Origin: Rhodothermales bacterium
Lineage (GTDB): Bacteria > Bacteroidota > Rhodothermia > Rhodothermales > Bin80
DNA length: 64,000 nt
Reading direction: 5' to 3'
Assembly: GCA_965207385.1 (NCBI GenBank)
Contig: CBDBLZ010000005.1
Coordinates: forward strand, 8,276 to 72,275
The notes beneath the pieces were generated by a model. It saw only the letters and a program-made list of their open reading frames with translations, made no database searches and was not told where the DNA came from. Position numbers and translations under genes: made by a program. Positions within the stretch are counted from its first letter, which is position 1, and each line of letters opens with the position of its first letter. Below are positions 55,255-64,000 of this stretch, one piece after another.

Positions 55255-57813
55255 GTGCTAGGGCCCGGGACTAACTGCAGACAGACTTCGATCGTCTTTC
55301 CTGGCTTTAGGGCCGGGCTGTGGCTGGTTCTCGCAGGGGCCGTAGCCTGCCTTGCATCTCCTTCGCTTGGACAGGAAGCGCCTGAGCGTGAGCGGCCGAT
55401 TCGGGTCATGCAGGAGACGCCGTGGACCATCAGCGTTATGTCCGGAGTCGTGCCTTCCCTGCGCCCCGTGCAAGCCTACTGGGATCAGCGAACGGCCACG
55501 TACTTCCTGGATCTGGTGACGTTCTTTCAGACGCTCGATCTCGCGGTGGAGATTGAGGGGCGGACCGTACGGGCTCGGGATGATGCCGGAGCGTACGTCG
55601 TTGATTTCGAGGAAGGAACGATGCAGTATGTTGTTAGAGGGCAGGTTCGGCGCCAGGAGCAGATGCTGGAGGGAGGCTTCCTTCACAACGGCGAGGATTT
55701 CTTGCTAACTCCTCCGAATGTCCAAAAGGTATTTGCTCCCGGTGCCCTGGAATATGACAACGCGACGCTGAGTATCCGCCTGTCGAGCTCGGTCTTTCCG
55801 CGCGACCCTTCGCCTTTCCGGCTAAGGTCTGTTTCTCCGACCCACGCTCGCGGCCCGCTTCTTTATGGTCGCACACGAAAGTTTCTGGGTGGCACCCAGA
55901 TGAGTTACAGGGTGACGCGCTCCCAGCGCCAGGAGCGCGTCATCAATTACAACGGATTCATGCAGCTTCGGGCGAGTGCGTTCGGAGGACGCATTAGTGC
56001 TGACGGGACGCTTTCTCGCAGTGCATCGGGCACTGTCAATACCGGGATCCGCGCCATGAGCTACATGCTGGACTTTCCCGAGTCTTCGACCGTGACCAGG
56101 GTCGAAATCGGGCGTAACAGCCTGTACCAGTGGCCCGTGCGCCGGTCATTCGACGGGGTGCGGCTCAGCAACCTGCCTCTGTCCACGCGCAACCTGCAGC
56201 ACGAAGCTGAGATCAAGGGCGCAGCAGAGCCCAATGCCCTCGTATCGGCAAGCGTTGGCGGAGTGGTTGTGGACCGAGTACAGGCGGACGGGCAGGGGCG
56301 CTACGTCCTTCGCATTCCGGCTTACTACGGAACGTCACGGGCAGACGTGGAAATAGTGCCTGCAGGAGGCGGGGTGCCGACGGTCGAGACCCGCTACCTG
56401 TTCATCACGGAAGAGCTGGCCCCTCCCGGCACCTTCTACTGGGATTTGCAGGCAGGAAGGGATCGCTTCGACCAGTCGAGGTTCGGGTTTGCGCAAGTGC
56501 GCTACGGGCTTTCGCAGAGCCTTTCGGCCAATAGCAGCTTTGTGTTCGCGGATACCCTTCATACCGCGACGCTTGGCGTCACCAAGAATCTATGGGGCGT
56601 CGTCACATCCGGCGCCGAAATGTCTTATCCCGAATTGGCGGGACGGGGCACCCTGCGGCTCTATTACGGCAATGTGCGCCTTCAGGGGGAAGTTGAGATC
56701 GCGGACAAACCGGGCTTTTCGTACTACCGCCGCAGGCTGCAGGGACAGTTCGGTGCCAGCTTTTCGCGGCTAAGCATTTTCTTCAATGCCAGCGACCTTG
56801 AGTCTTTCGGAGGCAGCGAATTCACGAGTCTGAATGGTTCCACCACCCTGCGAATTTCGCGAAGACTGAACTTGCTTCTTTCCGGTGGCCGGACTATGAC
56901 GAGGTCCCCGCTGGGCATCCAGCTTGAGCCCCGCCCACAGTGGAAGAGTGTTCTTACACGGTACCTCGCCCTCGGCCGATTGCGTGGCCGGATTGGCGTG
57001 CAGGGTGACGGAGGACGGTACGAAGACATCGACTTTGCAGGCTTGACCGTATACTCGGCCTATCGATCCGTCACCTTCGGGACGCGCGTAGGCTACGATT
57101 TTCCTGCCGAGACGATTGCCGCGACGTTTACGCTCCGCATGGATGCTCCCTGGGTGAGCTTCAACGGCCATTCTTCTCTTGATCCCGTAAATCCGTACCA
57201 CTTGCAAAGCATGTACGGCTCCATGGAGTTGAGTCGGGGGGTACGGTTTTCGAGGCAATCAAGGGCCTACAGCAGCGCTCTGCTGCGAGCCTATGTAGAT
57301 CTGGATCGCGATGGACGCAAGGACGAAAACGAGCCGCCGTTGCCGCAATTGGACATAGACGTCGTAAAGGCGCGCGTTGAACACGCACAGGATGGCGGAG
57401 TAAGAGCGGATTTTCTTGTTCCGAGCACGCAATACCAGGTGGTTATCGATCCGCGTTCCATCAGGGGGCCGGACCTTGATCTGCCCACCGGAACCACGTT
57501 CAGCTTCATGTCCGATCCTGGCGAGACCAAGCAAATCGACATTCCAGTATACAAGAACACCATCATTGAGGGAGCCGTGGAAGATTTGCCGTTGAGTTCC
57601 CCTACGCTGGCCGTGGTCATATTTTATCAGGGTCGGGAAGAGGTAGTCAGGGCCGCCGTTTCCCAAGAGGGCCGGTTTACTGCCTTACTGGCGCCCGGAT
57701 CTTACAGGGTCGAGGTATTGGACCTCCTGGGCCAGGAAGGACTGGATGAGTTCACCTCTACCGTAAATGTGCAGGCGGTCGATAGTCAGTTCCTTCCAGT
57801 TCAACCAAATTAG
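55255..57813 (+). CDS. Large signal-peptide protein, predicted outer-membrane beta-barrel with C-terminal beta-sandwich domain(s)
   Basis: The GTG start precedes the signal LWLVLAGAVACLASPSLGQEA. Long runs of alternating-polarity strands (e.g. RVINYNGFMQLRASAFGGRISADGTLS). The C-terminal region IIEGAVEDL...GRFTALLAPGSYRVEVLD resembles a carboxypeptidase-regulatory/Ig-like fold. Confidence 0.5.
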   Translation: MLGPGTNCRQTSIVFPGFRAGLWLVLAGAVACLASPSLGQEAPERERPIRVMQETPWTISVMSGVVPSLRPVQAYWDQRTATYFLDLVTFFQTLDLAVEIEGRTVRARDDAGAYVVDFEEGTMQYVVRGQVRRQEQMLEGGFLHNGEDFLLTPPNVQKVFAPGALEYDNATLSIRLSSSVFPRDPSPFRLRSVSPTHARGPLLYGRTRKFLGGTQMSYRVTRSQRQERVINYNGFMQLRASAFGGRISADGTLSRSASGTVNTGIRAMSYMLDFPESSTVTRVEIGRNSLYQWPVRRSFDGVRLSNLPLSTRNLQHEAEIKGAAEPNALVSASVGGVVVDRVQADGQGRYVLRIPAYYGTSRADVEIVPAGGGVPTVETRYLFITEELAPPGTFYWDLQAGRDRFDQSRFGFAQVRYGLSQSLSANSSFVFADTLHTATLGVTKNLWGVVTSGAEMSYPELAGRGTLRLYYGNVRLQGEVEIADKPGFSYYRRRLQGQFGASFSRLSIFFNASDLESFGGSEFTSLNGSTTLRISRRLNLLLSGGRTMTRSPLGIQLEPRPQWKSVLTRYLALGRLRGRIGVQGDGGRYEDIDFAGLTVYSAYRSVTFGTRVGYDFPAETIAATFTLRMDAPWVSFNGHSSLDPVNPYHLQSMYGSMELSRGVRFSRQSRAYSSALLRAYVDLDRDGRKDENEPPLPQLDIDVVKARVEHAQDGGVRADFLVPSTQYQVVIDPRSIRGPDLDLPTGTTFSFMSDPGETKQIDIPVYKNTIIEGAVEDLPLSSPTLAVVIFYQGREEVVRAAVSQEGRFTALLAPGSYRVEVLDLLGQEGLDEFTSTVNVQAVDSQFLPVQPN

Positions 57814-58586
57814 TGTCGAACATGCCCATTCCCGTAGTATGGTCTGGAACCGCGGACGCAGTACAAGCGGTAGCAGATACTGTCGAGGTTGTCTCGCCGG
57901 CTGCGCTTTCGGTAGAGCCCGGAGCGCAGGAGGCAGCAGAGTCCGTAGGGGGCAGTTTCCTGCCCGGATCGCTTTGGGACCTGATCGGATATGCGCAGGG
58001 ATTCGAATGGCCCCTCGGCTTCGTGTTCCTGCTGGGGCTTTTCCTTTTGACGTCCGCCTACGTCCGCTACTTCAGGCAGTGGCGCGGTAGCCGCGACTTG
58101 CTGCAGCTGGACCCCCAGACGATAACGACACGAGACTTCGCAGCCGCCATCGGCAGCACTGAGCCGCGTAATCCGTACCGCCTATCCGGTGCAAGGCTAT
58201 TGGAGGAGCTGGGAAGGGGAGGATCAGCGCACTCCATGATAGACTATGCCACGCGGTACATTGATTTTGATCACGACAACTACAAGGAAATAGACAGGTA
58301 CATTACGGCGGCCGTCTACATTGCGCTCAGCCTGGGACTGCTCGGAACGCTGCTCGGCATATTTGTCCTGTTCATGTCCGGCAGCCGGCATGAAGCGTCG
58401 GACCTGGTAGGATTGGGCATTGCCGTCGTATCCACGATGCTGGCGCTGGTGGTCCGTCTAATTCTCTGGCCCGTCAACATATTCTTGCAGGCATCGGTGC
58501 GCGGCAAGTACAAGATGCTTAAGCAGTGGACTGTCGCTTTTGCGTATGCCCTGGCGCCGCTGGGCAGCGAGCAGCAGGACGGATAG
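57813..58586 (+). CDS. Divergent MotA/TolQ/ExbB-like proton-channel protein
   Basis: Overlaps the upstream stop by 1 nt (GTG at 57813; alternative ATG at 57822). TM1 (PLGFVFLLGLFLLTSAYV), a long cytoplasmic loop, then SLGLLGTLLGIFVLF and GLGIAVVSTMLALVVRLILWPVN. These parallel the canonical copy motifs APMFGFLGTVIGM and IKIALLTTVFGLIVAI. Confidence 0.6.
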   Translation: MSNMPIPVVWSGTADAVQAVADTVEVVSPAALSVEPGAQEAAESVGGSFLPGSLWDLIGYAQGFEWPLGFVFLLGLFLLTSAYVRYFRQWRGSRDLLQLDPQTITTRDFAAAIGSTEPRNPYRLSGARLLEELGRGGSAHSMIDYATRYIDFDHDNYKEIDRYITAAVYIALSLGLLGTLLGIFVLFMSGSRHEASDLVGLGIAVVSTMLALVVRLILWPVNIFLQASVRGKYKMLKQWTVAFAYALAPLGSEQQDG

Positions 58587-58752
58587 TCTTGAGGCAAGTA
58601 TTCGCTGAACGGGCTCGTACAAACGCCAGTCGCAGCGCTGAGGCAGTCAGCCAGGTACTGCGTGAATGCAAGCGGGCTCACCTGATGGATTTCTGGGCCG
58701 CCGGGGCTTCCGTGCTGAATTAAGAGCTTGAGCACGGTTGGGGAGCGCCGTG

Positions 58753-60045
58753 CTACGAGCCCGGATACCTCCAGGGGGCACGGTAGGGACGGCGCATGAG
58801 GGCCGTGGCGGCCGCGTCGTCCAGGATGGTCTGGGCATCGCTATCCCACCGAAGGCTTCGGCCGAGCTTCAGCGATATCATGCCAAGAAGGCACATGTTG
58901 GTTGCGCGGTAACCGTGCTCGATGTCGCAGACGGGAAGCCGGTCCTCTTCAATGCTTGCAATCAGATCGTCCCACAGACCAGCGATATTCTGGTCGTCCG
59001 GCTTGTCGAGCCTGGGCTCTTCGTGCACTTGGGACTCGGAGTTGCTGCTAGGATAAAACGTCCAGCCATCTCTCCATCCCAAATGCAGCGTACCCCTCGT
59101 GCCGTAGAAGTAACAGCCAATGTTCGACTTCTCCGCATTGTTTGCGGCATACAGGCGGTGCTCCCACGTCGCCGTAAAATTCTCAAACGCGAACGTCGCG
59201 ACCTGCGTGTCGGGAGCATCCGTGCCGTCCCGCTTGATATGCCGGTCCCCCGTGGAATAAACGGTATGCGGAAATGGCTCCTCGGTCCACCACAGGATCT
59301 GATCCAGCCAGTGGATGCCCCAGTCGCCAAGCTGGCCGTTGGCAAAGTCCAGGTATTGACGGAATCCGCGGGGGTGGATGCGCGGGTTGTACGCCCGCAG
59401 CGGCGCGGGGCCGCACCAGGCATCCCAATCGAGGCCATCCGGAATGTCCGCATCGGGCGTAGGCGTGCCAGGACCACCGCCGTAGTGCACGAAGGCCCTG
59501 ACCATGCCTATGTCGCCGGCTCCGCCGGACTTCAGAAACTGCATCGCGGAGACATTGTGCGCAGATACGCGCCGGTGTGTCCCTACCTGTACCTTGCGTC
59601 CCGCAGCGCGCGCAGCAGCAAGAATGGCCTTGCCTTCGTCAATCGTGTGAGATATCGGCTTCTCGAGATACAGATGTGCGCCGGCTCCCATGGCTTCAAT
59701 GGCAGGCAGCGCGTGCCAGTGGTCGGGCGTGGCTATAATGGCGATCTCCGGACGCTCCAGCTGCAGTAGTTCGCGATAGTCCGTATAACGGCCAGGCACC
59801 GTCCCGGTCAGCTCCACTACTTCGTTTGAAGCCGCGTCGAGCTGCCGCGCGTCCACGTCGCACAGTCCAACCACCTGTGCGGTACCGGACGCCAGCGCGG
59901 TGCGCAGTATGTTCATACCCCACCATCCGGAACCTACAAGGACGGTGCGGTAGGGTCTGCCTCTTGTTCGGGTAGACGGAACTATAGCACCCGCGCCTAG
60001 CGCAAGCGCTCCACCGGTTGCCGCCAAGAATTCCCGCCTGTGCAC
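58753..60045 (-). CDS. Gfo/Idh/MocA family oxidoreductase with Tat signal
   Basis: MHRREFLAATGGALALGAGA Tat-type N-terminus; Rossmann VLVGSGWWG; IATPDHWH...EKP motif. Confidence 0.85.
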   Translation of the reverse strand: MHRREFLAATGGALALGAGAIVPSTRTRGRPYRTVLVGSGWWGMNILRTALASGTAQVVGLCDVDARQLDAASNEVVELTGTVPGRYTDYRELLQLERPEIAIIATPDHWHALPAIEAMGAGAHLYLEKPISHTIDEGKAILAAARAAGRKVQVGTHRRVSAHNVSAMQFLKSGGAGDIGMVRAFVHYGGGPGTPTPDADIPDGLDWDAWCGPAPLRAYNPRIHPRGFRQYLDFANGQLGDWGIHWLDQILWWTEEPFPHTVYSTGDRHIKRDGTDAPDTQVATFAFENFTATWEHRLYAANNAEKSNIGCYFYGTRGTLHLGWRDGWTFYPSSNSESQVHEEPRLDKPDDQNIAGLWDDLIASIEEDRLPVCDIEHGYRATNMCLLGMISLKLGRSLRWDSDAQTILDDAAATALMRRPYRAPWRYPGS

Positions 60046-60072
60046 GCGTTGACTGGCCGTTCGCGGTTGCTG

Positions 60073-61371
60073 TTAGTCGTCCCAGACCTGGACACTGGAA
60101 ATGTCGGGCTGGCCCCAAGTCTCGCCGTTCCAGCCGTTAAACCCATCCATGCGGAAGGTCCAGAACCCCGTAGTCATGTCAGATATCGCAATGAGTCCGT
60201 CGGCATTTCGCACATCCACGCCGAAGGCTCCATTGATGACGGATATCCATTCATCCGTATCCGGGCCCACGTAGGTATCGTAATAGGCCACGGTTCGCGG
60301 GTTGAGGGGATCGTCCAGCGTGAAAACCTGCAGCCCGTCCAGATAGCCGGACACGAAGACGAACGGCCACCGGACTTCGTGGTTGTGCACCAGGTTTTTC
60401 CAGTCCGCCGTCCAGGCCGAGATAGGCCGGCGGATATTGGTGCGCTCACCGCGCAGTGCGGGCTCAAGGTCAAATATGCGAAGCGGCGCATACTGGTACT
60501 CCGCCTCTGCCACCACGTAGCGCCCGTCGGGGCTCGGAGTAAAGGTATGGCCCCAGTCCACGCCGGACACGTTTGTGAGGGTAATGCGCAGCTGCGGATC
60601 GGCAAGGTCCGAAATATCGTAGATATAGTAGCCTCCCGTGCCGCCGCCGTAGAAGCGGTCCTCGCCCGTGGACGGGTGGAAGGCGGCATACATGTCGTGG
60701 TAGGACGTGTAGCGGTTGCTGCGACCGGGAACCTCGGGCAGGGGAATGGTAGCCACGAGCGCGTTTTCGACCTCACCCTCCGCCACCATGCCCAGGTCGT
60801 ACACGTTGGCCCTTCCCGTCCGGACCGTCGTCAGGAGCAGAGGGCGGCCGTTGGAATGCTTGTATATGAATATGTTGTGGAAGCCCCCGGGGAATTCGGG
60901 GATCAGAATACGGGCAACCTCTTCCACGGCCTCGGGGTCGGGCAGCCCGGTCACGTCAAAGACCACGGCGCCCAGGTCGCTTCCCGGCCCCTGCGAGAAT
61001 TCGAACGACTGCACCACATAGTAGCGGCCTGCCCACTTGAAATACTTGACATCCATTCCGCCGCGATTCATGTACAGATCCTGGTCCTGGAGTCGCCACT
61101 GCAACAGAACCCGAGGACTCGAGGGGTCGCTGATGTCAATAATGTCCATGCCTTTGGGGCCTTCCTCCAGGATGGAGGCGCGACCCACATAGGCGTAGGG
61201 CCGCTCAAGCTCCTGTTCCATCTCCATATCCGTGACGGTCATGCGCCCCCCCAGGGGCTCGTGCCCGAGGACCGTTATGTTGTCAGAGCCGGGATTCTGG
61301 GGCGTCCACTGTGCCTGAACTGTAGCAGCAGACACCAGGACTGCAGAAAGAAGGAGAAAGAGCAGCTTCAT
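60073..61371 (-). CDS. Secreted LVIVD-repeat (beta-propeller) protein
   Basis: Signal peptide MKLLFLLLSAVLVSAATVQAQ. Repeated units of the type GMDIIDISDPSSPRVL, VVFDVTGLPDPE, YYIYDISDLADPQL, LQVFTLDDPLNPRTV. Confidence 0.6.
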   Translation of the reverse strand: MKLLFLLLSAVLVSAATVQAQWTPQNPGSDNITVLGHEPLGGRMTVTDMEMEQELERPYAYVGRASILEEGPKGMDIIDISDPSSPRVLLQWRLQDQDLYMNRGGMDVKYFKWAGRYYVVQSFEFSQGPGSDLGAVVFDVTGLPDPEAVEEVARILIPEFPGGFHNIFIYKHSNGRPLLLTTVRTGRANVYDLGMVAEGEVENALVATIPLPEVPGRSNRYTSYHDMYAAFHPSTGEDRFYGGGTGGYYIYDISDLADPQLRITLTNVSGVDWGHTFTPSPDGRYVVAEAEYQYAPLRIFDLEPALRGERTNIRRPISAWTADWKNLVHNHEVRWPFVFVSGYLDGLQVFTLDDPLNPRTVAYYDTYVGPDTDEWISVINGAFGVDVRNADGLIAISDMTTGFWTFRMDGFNGWNGETWGQPDISSVQVWDD

Positions 61372-61385
61372 CGTGGGGCGGATGG

Positions 61386-64000
61386 TTACAGGCGCAGCCG
61401 CATGCGCGCATAATAGAACACTCCGTTCATGCCGAATTGCGTGACGCGACGGCTGTACGGAAATCGTCCCGAACTATAATTTGCACACGCATTCTGCGGC
61501 CCAGCCATATTGTGGCAGTGCTTGTCCGGGAAGGTATTTAGCAGATTGTTGGCGCCAAGTGCAAGCGTAATCTGCTCGCTGATGGCATACGCGGCGCTGA
61601 CATCAATAAGGGTCTTGGCACCAAATGTTTCGTCGTTGTCCGCATTGGTCGGTTTGTAGTCGACACCGCCAAAGTAATTGGCGCGCGCCGTGAAGGAAAC
61701 CTGCCCCCTTTCGTACCGGATAGCCAGGTTGCCCTTCCGCCTGGGCAAGGCGTCTTCCAGCCGGTTTCGCTCCTCACGATTAAAGAGGGTGTTGCTTACC
61801 GCGTCCAGGTCTCCGCCCGTAAAGATGGCAGCCATCTGCGGCGGGATCTTGGTATCCGTTACGGTGGTCGATGTGGCATTGGCAGCGATGGTAATCGTCA
61901 GGCGCCCGACTCCTACCGGGGCGGTGTACGCCGCAACCACGTCCACGCCGTTGGTAGCGGTATTGACCGCGTTCGCGAAAAACTGTGCCTGACCGACACC
62001 TTCGCTCTCGAAGGGGGCCAGAATACGGGCCACGATCGGGTCGCTGTTGCTGAAGCGGCTGGTAAGTGCGATGCGGTCTTCGATTGTAATGCGGTAATAG
62101 TCTGCCGTGATGGAGAGATTGCCGAGTGGCCGCGCCACAAAGCCGGCACTGAAGTTAACGGAGGTCTCTTCTTTCAGCTCGGGAACGCCGAACGCCCTGG
62201 TCACCGGCGAATTGTTCTCTCCTGTCAAGACTCGGGCAGGTTCCAGGATGCCCCGCTCGTTGAGCACGAATTGGATGCTGACGTTGTTGAACCACAGCTG
62301 GTGCAAGGACGGAGCACGAAGTCCTGTGCTCAGGGCGCCGCGCACCGCCAGGGCATCGCTTACCTTGAATCGCGCGGCCGCCTTGCCCGTGAGTGCCGAG
62401 CCGAAGTCACTGTAATTCTCGAATCGCAGGGCTCCGGTGGCAAGCACCTCGTCCGATATGTCTGCCTCGAGCTCTGCGTACCCGCTTACGCTGTAACGGT
62501 AGCGGTCCACCTCGTTGGAGGGCTGGAAGCCCGGAAAGACCTGCGATCCCGGATTCTTCGGGGAGCCGCCGGGTTGCAGCGCAAAGTCTACACCCGGTAT
62601 TGGTCCCCCGTTGCCCAGCGAATAGGATTCAAATTGACCTGCTTCAATGGAGTAGTTCTCCACCCGGAATTCCGATCCGACAGCCAGCGCGAGTGCATTC
62701 ATCCCTGCGGCGGGCAGCGCCCGGAAGGCGTCCAGGTTGCCGGTAGTCTGCCGGAAGCCCAGCGTTCCTGCATCGAACGAAGTCGGGCTGGCGCTGCCTA
62801 CGATAGAGGCATTGATCGAGTTCTCGATATTGAACTGGAACGAATTGCCGCCTGTGGTTGCGCTCATGTCCGCGATCCATCCTCCGAGCGATCCCTTCAG
62901 TCCGGCAGTCAGGCTTCTGTCTCCGATAACACTGTGAATCTGCGGCAGAAACCCGTTCGGGTACACCTCGAGGTTGTTGCGGTCATGCTGGTTGGGACGC
63001 CGCACGAAGCCCGTGGCCTCGCCCTTGCGGTGTGACGCACCTCCGCTGGCGTAAAACTGGGCGCCGCGTCCCAGCGGAACGCGGCTGTTGAAGAATACCG
63101 CGCCCATGGTGGCATGACCCTGGCCAGTCTTCATCTGGATATCCTGCCGCGTGAGTCCGCGACGCGTCAGCTCGGCATCCGTGGCTGCATCTCCGCTAAT
63201 GCCCGGAAAGTAGTCCCCAATGTAGGGGTCGCTGCGATTGGTCCGGCTTCGGTCCAGGAATTCACCCGTCACGTTGAAGAATCCTCCCGTACCGACAGGC
63301 ACTCCGTAATTGGCGGAGATCTGGACCTGCTCGCCGTCCCCTTCGCCTGTCTGACCCACGCCGGCATCCAGCAACAGTGCGTCGGTCTGATCCTGCAATT
63401 CCACGTTAATTACGCCCGCAATAGCATCGGAGCCATACTGGGCAGCAGCCCCGTCCCGCAGGACCTCAATGCGCTTTACGGCTCCCTTGGGAATGGAGTT
63501 CAGGTCAACGCCCACCGTGCCGCGCCCGAAGGTGCCGTTGACATGTACAATGGCCGATGTATGCCTCCGCTTTCCGTTGACCAGTGTCAGCACCTGGTCG
63601 GGTCCGAGGCCGCGCAGGCTTGCCGGGTTGACGTGGTCGGTGCCATCGGCAATGGTCTGGTGCGAGGCGTTAAAGGAAGGAGCCAGGTAATGAAGCGATT
63701 GGTTGATTTCCTGCACGCCGAGCTGGCCAAGTGCCTCGGCTCCAATAACGTCCACCGGTACAGGCGTATCGGTGGCCGTTCGCTCCGTGCGTGAGCCCAG
63801 AACCACCACTTCCTCGCCGAATTCGGAGATTGTTTCCTCCAGCATAAACGATTGATTCGTGGTCTGACCGGCGACAACCGTTATCAGGGCCTCCTCGGTG
63901 GTAAAGCCGACAAAGCTGGCACGCAGGACGTAAGCGCCGGCCGGAACGGACAGGGAGAAATAGCCGGCTTCTATGTTTGTTGCTGTACCGATTAGCGTAT
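61386..64000 (-). CDS. TonB-dependent receptor with N-terminal carboxypeptidase-regulatory-like domain, 5' end outside window
   Basis: I translated the frame beyond the ORF-track ATG (63845) to the window edge with no stop. It gives ...GYFSLSVPAGAYVLRASFVGFTTEEALITVVAGQTTNQSF (CarbopepD_reg-like), then the plug (VVVLGSRTERTATDTPVPVDVI, RGLGPDQVLTLVNGKR) and a beta-barrel ending ...FYYARMRLRL. Confidence 0.88.
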   Translation of the reverse strand, partial: TLIGTATNIEAGYFSLSVPAGAYVLRASFVGFTTEEALITVVAGQTTNQSFMLEETISEFGEEVVVLGSRTERTATDTPVPVDVIGAEALGQLGVQEINQSLHYLAPSFNASHQTIADGTDHVNPASLRGLGPDQVLTLVNGKRRHTSAIVHVNGTFGRGTVGVDLNSIPKGAVKRIEVLRDGAAAQYGSDAIAGVINVELQDQTDALLLDAGVGQTGEGDGEQVQISANYGVPVGTGGFFNVTGEFLDRSRTNRSDPYIGDYFPGISGDAATDAELTRRGLTRQDIQMKTGQGHATMGAVFFNSRVPLGRGAQFYASGGASHRKGEATGFVRRPNQHDRNNLEVYPNGFLPQIHSVIGDRSLTAGLKGSLGGWIADMSATTGGNSFQFNIENSINASIVGSASPTSFDAGTLGFRQTTGNLDAFRALPAAGMNALALAVGSEFRVENYSIEAGQFESYSLGNGGPIPGVDFALQPGGSPKNPGSQVFPGFQPSNEVDRYRYSVSGYAELEADISDEVLATGALRFENYSDFGSALTGKAAARFKVSDALAVRGALSTGLRAPSLHQLWFNNVSIQFVLNERGILEPARVLTGENNSPVTRAFGVPELKEETSVNFSAGFVARPLGNLSITADYYRITIEDRIALTSRFSNSDPIVARILAPFESEGVGQAQFFANAVNTATNGVDVVAAYTAPVGVGRLTITIAANATSTTVTDTKIPPQMAAIFTGGDLDAVSNTLFNREERNRLEDALPRRKGNLAIRYERGQVSFTARANYFGGVDYKPTNADNDETFGAKTLIDVSAAYAISEQITLALGANNLLNTFPDKHCHNMAGPQNACANYSSGRFPYSRRVTQFGMNGVFYYARMRLRL

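Overview
High-GC chromosomal segment. The gene content (DUF4293/DUF4296-type proteins, and the order tRNA-Thr/Tyr/Gly/Thr-tuf-tRNA-Trp-secE-nusG-rplKAJL-rpoBC) suggests a Rhodothermales-like member of the Bacteroidota/Rhodothermota lineage; this taxonomic placement is an inference. Most of the window is core housekeeping. It holds a partial acs, an S41 protease, a canonical exbB-exbD-exbD operon with a clean intrinsic terminator, an IDH-family dehydrogenase, recQ and a tightly packed nine-gene trp operon on the minus strand. It also holds a VKOR-DsbA fusion, tkt, a Tat-amidase, queA, ispD/ispF, the translation/transcription core cluster, an NCS2 permease, MOSC and HNH genes, msrP, and a Gfo/Idh/MocA + LVIVD + TonB-dependent receptor cluster at the 3' edge. 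No CRISPR array, rRNA or mobile element was seen. Two things stand out. (1) At 50.9-58.6 kb, seven tightly spaced plus-strand genes have no assignable enzymatic function. They encode one divergent ExbB/MotA-like protein, two divergent ExbD/TolR-like proteins, a TonB/TolA-topology anchor with an acidic linker, an all-helical (TPR-like) lipoprotein, a secreted protein and an 852-aa signal-peptide protein with usher-like features. I read this as a candidate uncharacterised PMF-driven trans-envelope machine. (2) Directly upstream of trpE there is a leader ORF with tandem Trp codons, mutually exclusive antiterminator and terminator hairpins, and a promoter-overlapping palindrome. This looks like a textbook trp attenuator, and the operon it controls also contains trpS and an unknown 158-aa gene. 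All family assignments come from motif recognition by eye, since no searches could be run. Many ORF-track starts were moved to internal ATG/GTG/TTG codons on the basis of conserved N-termini, signal peptides and neighbouring stop codons.
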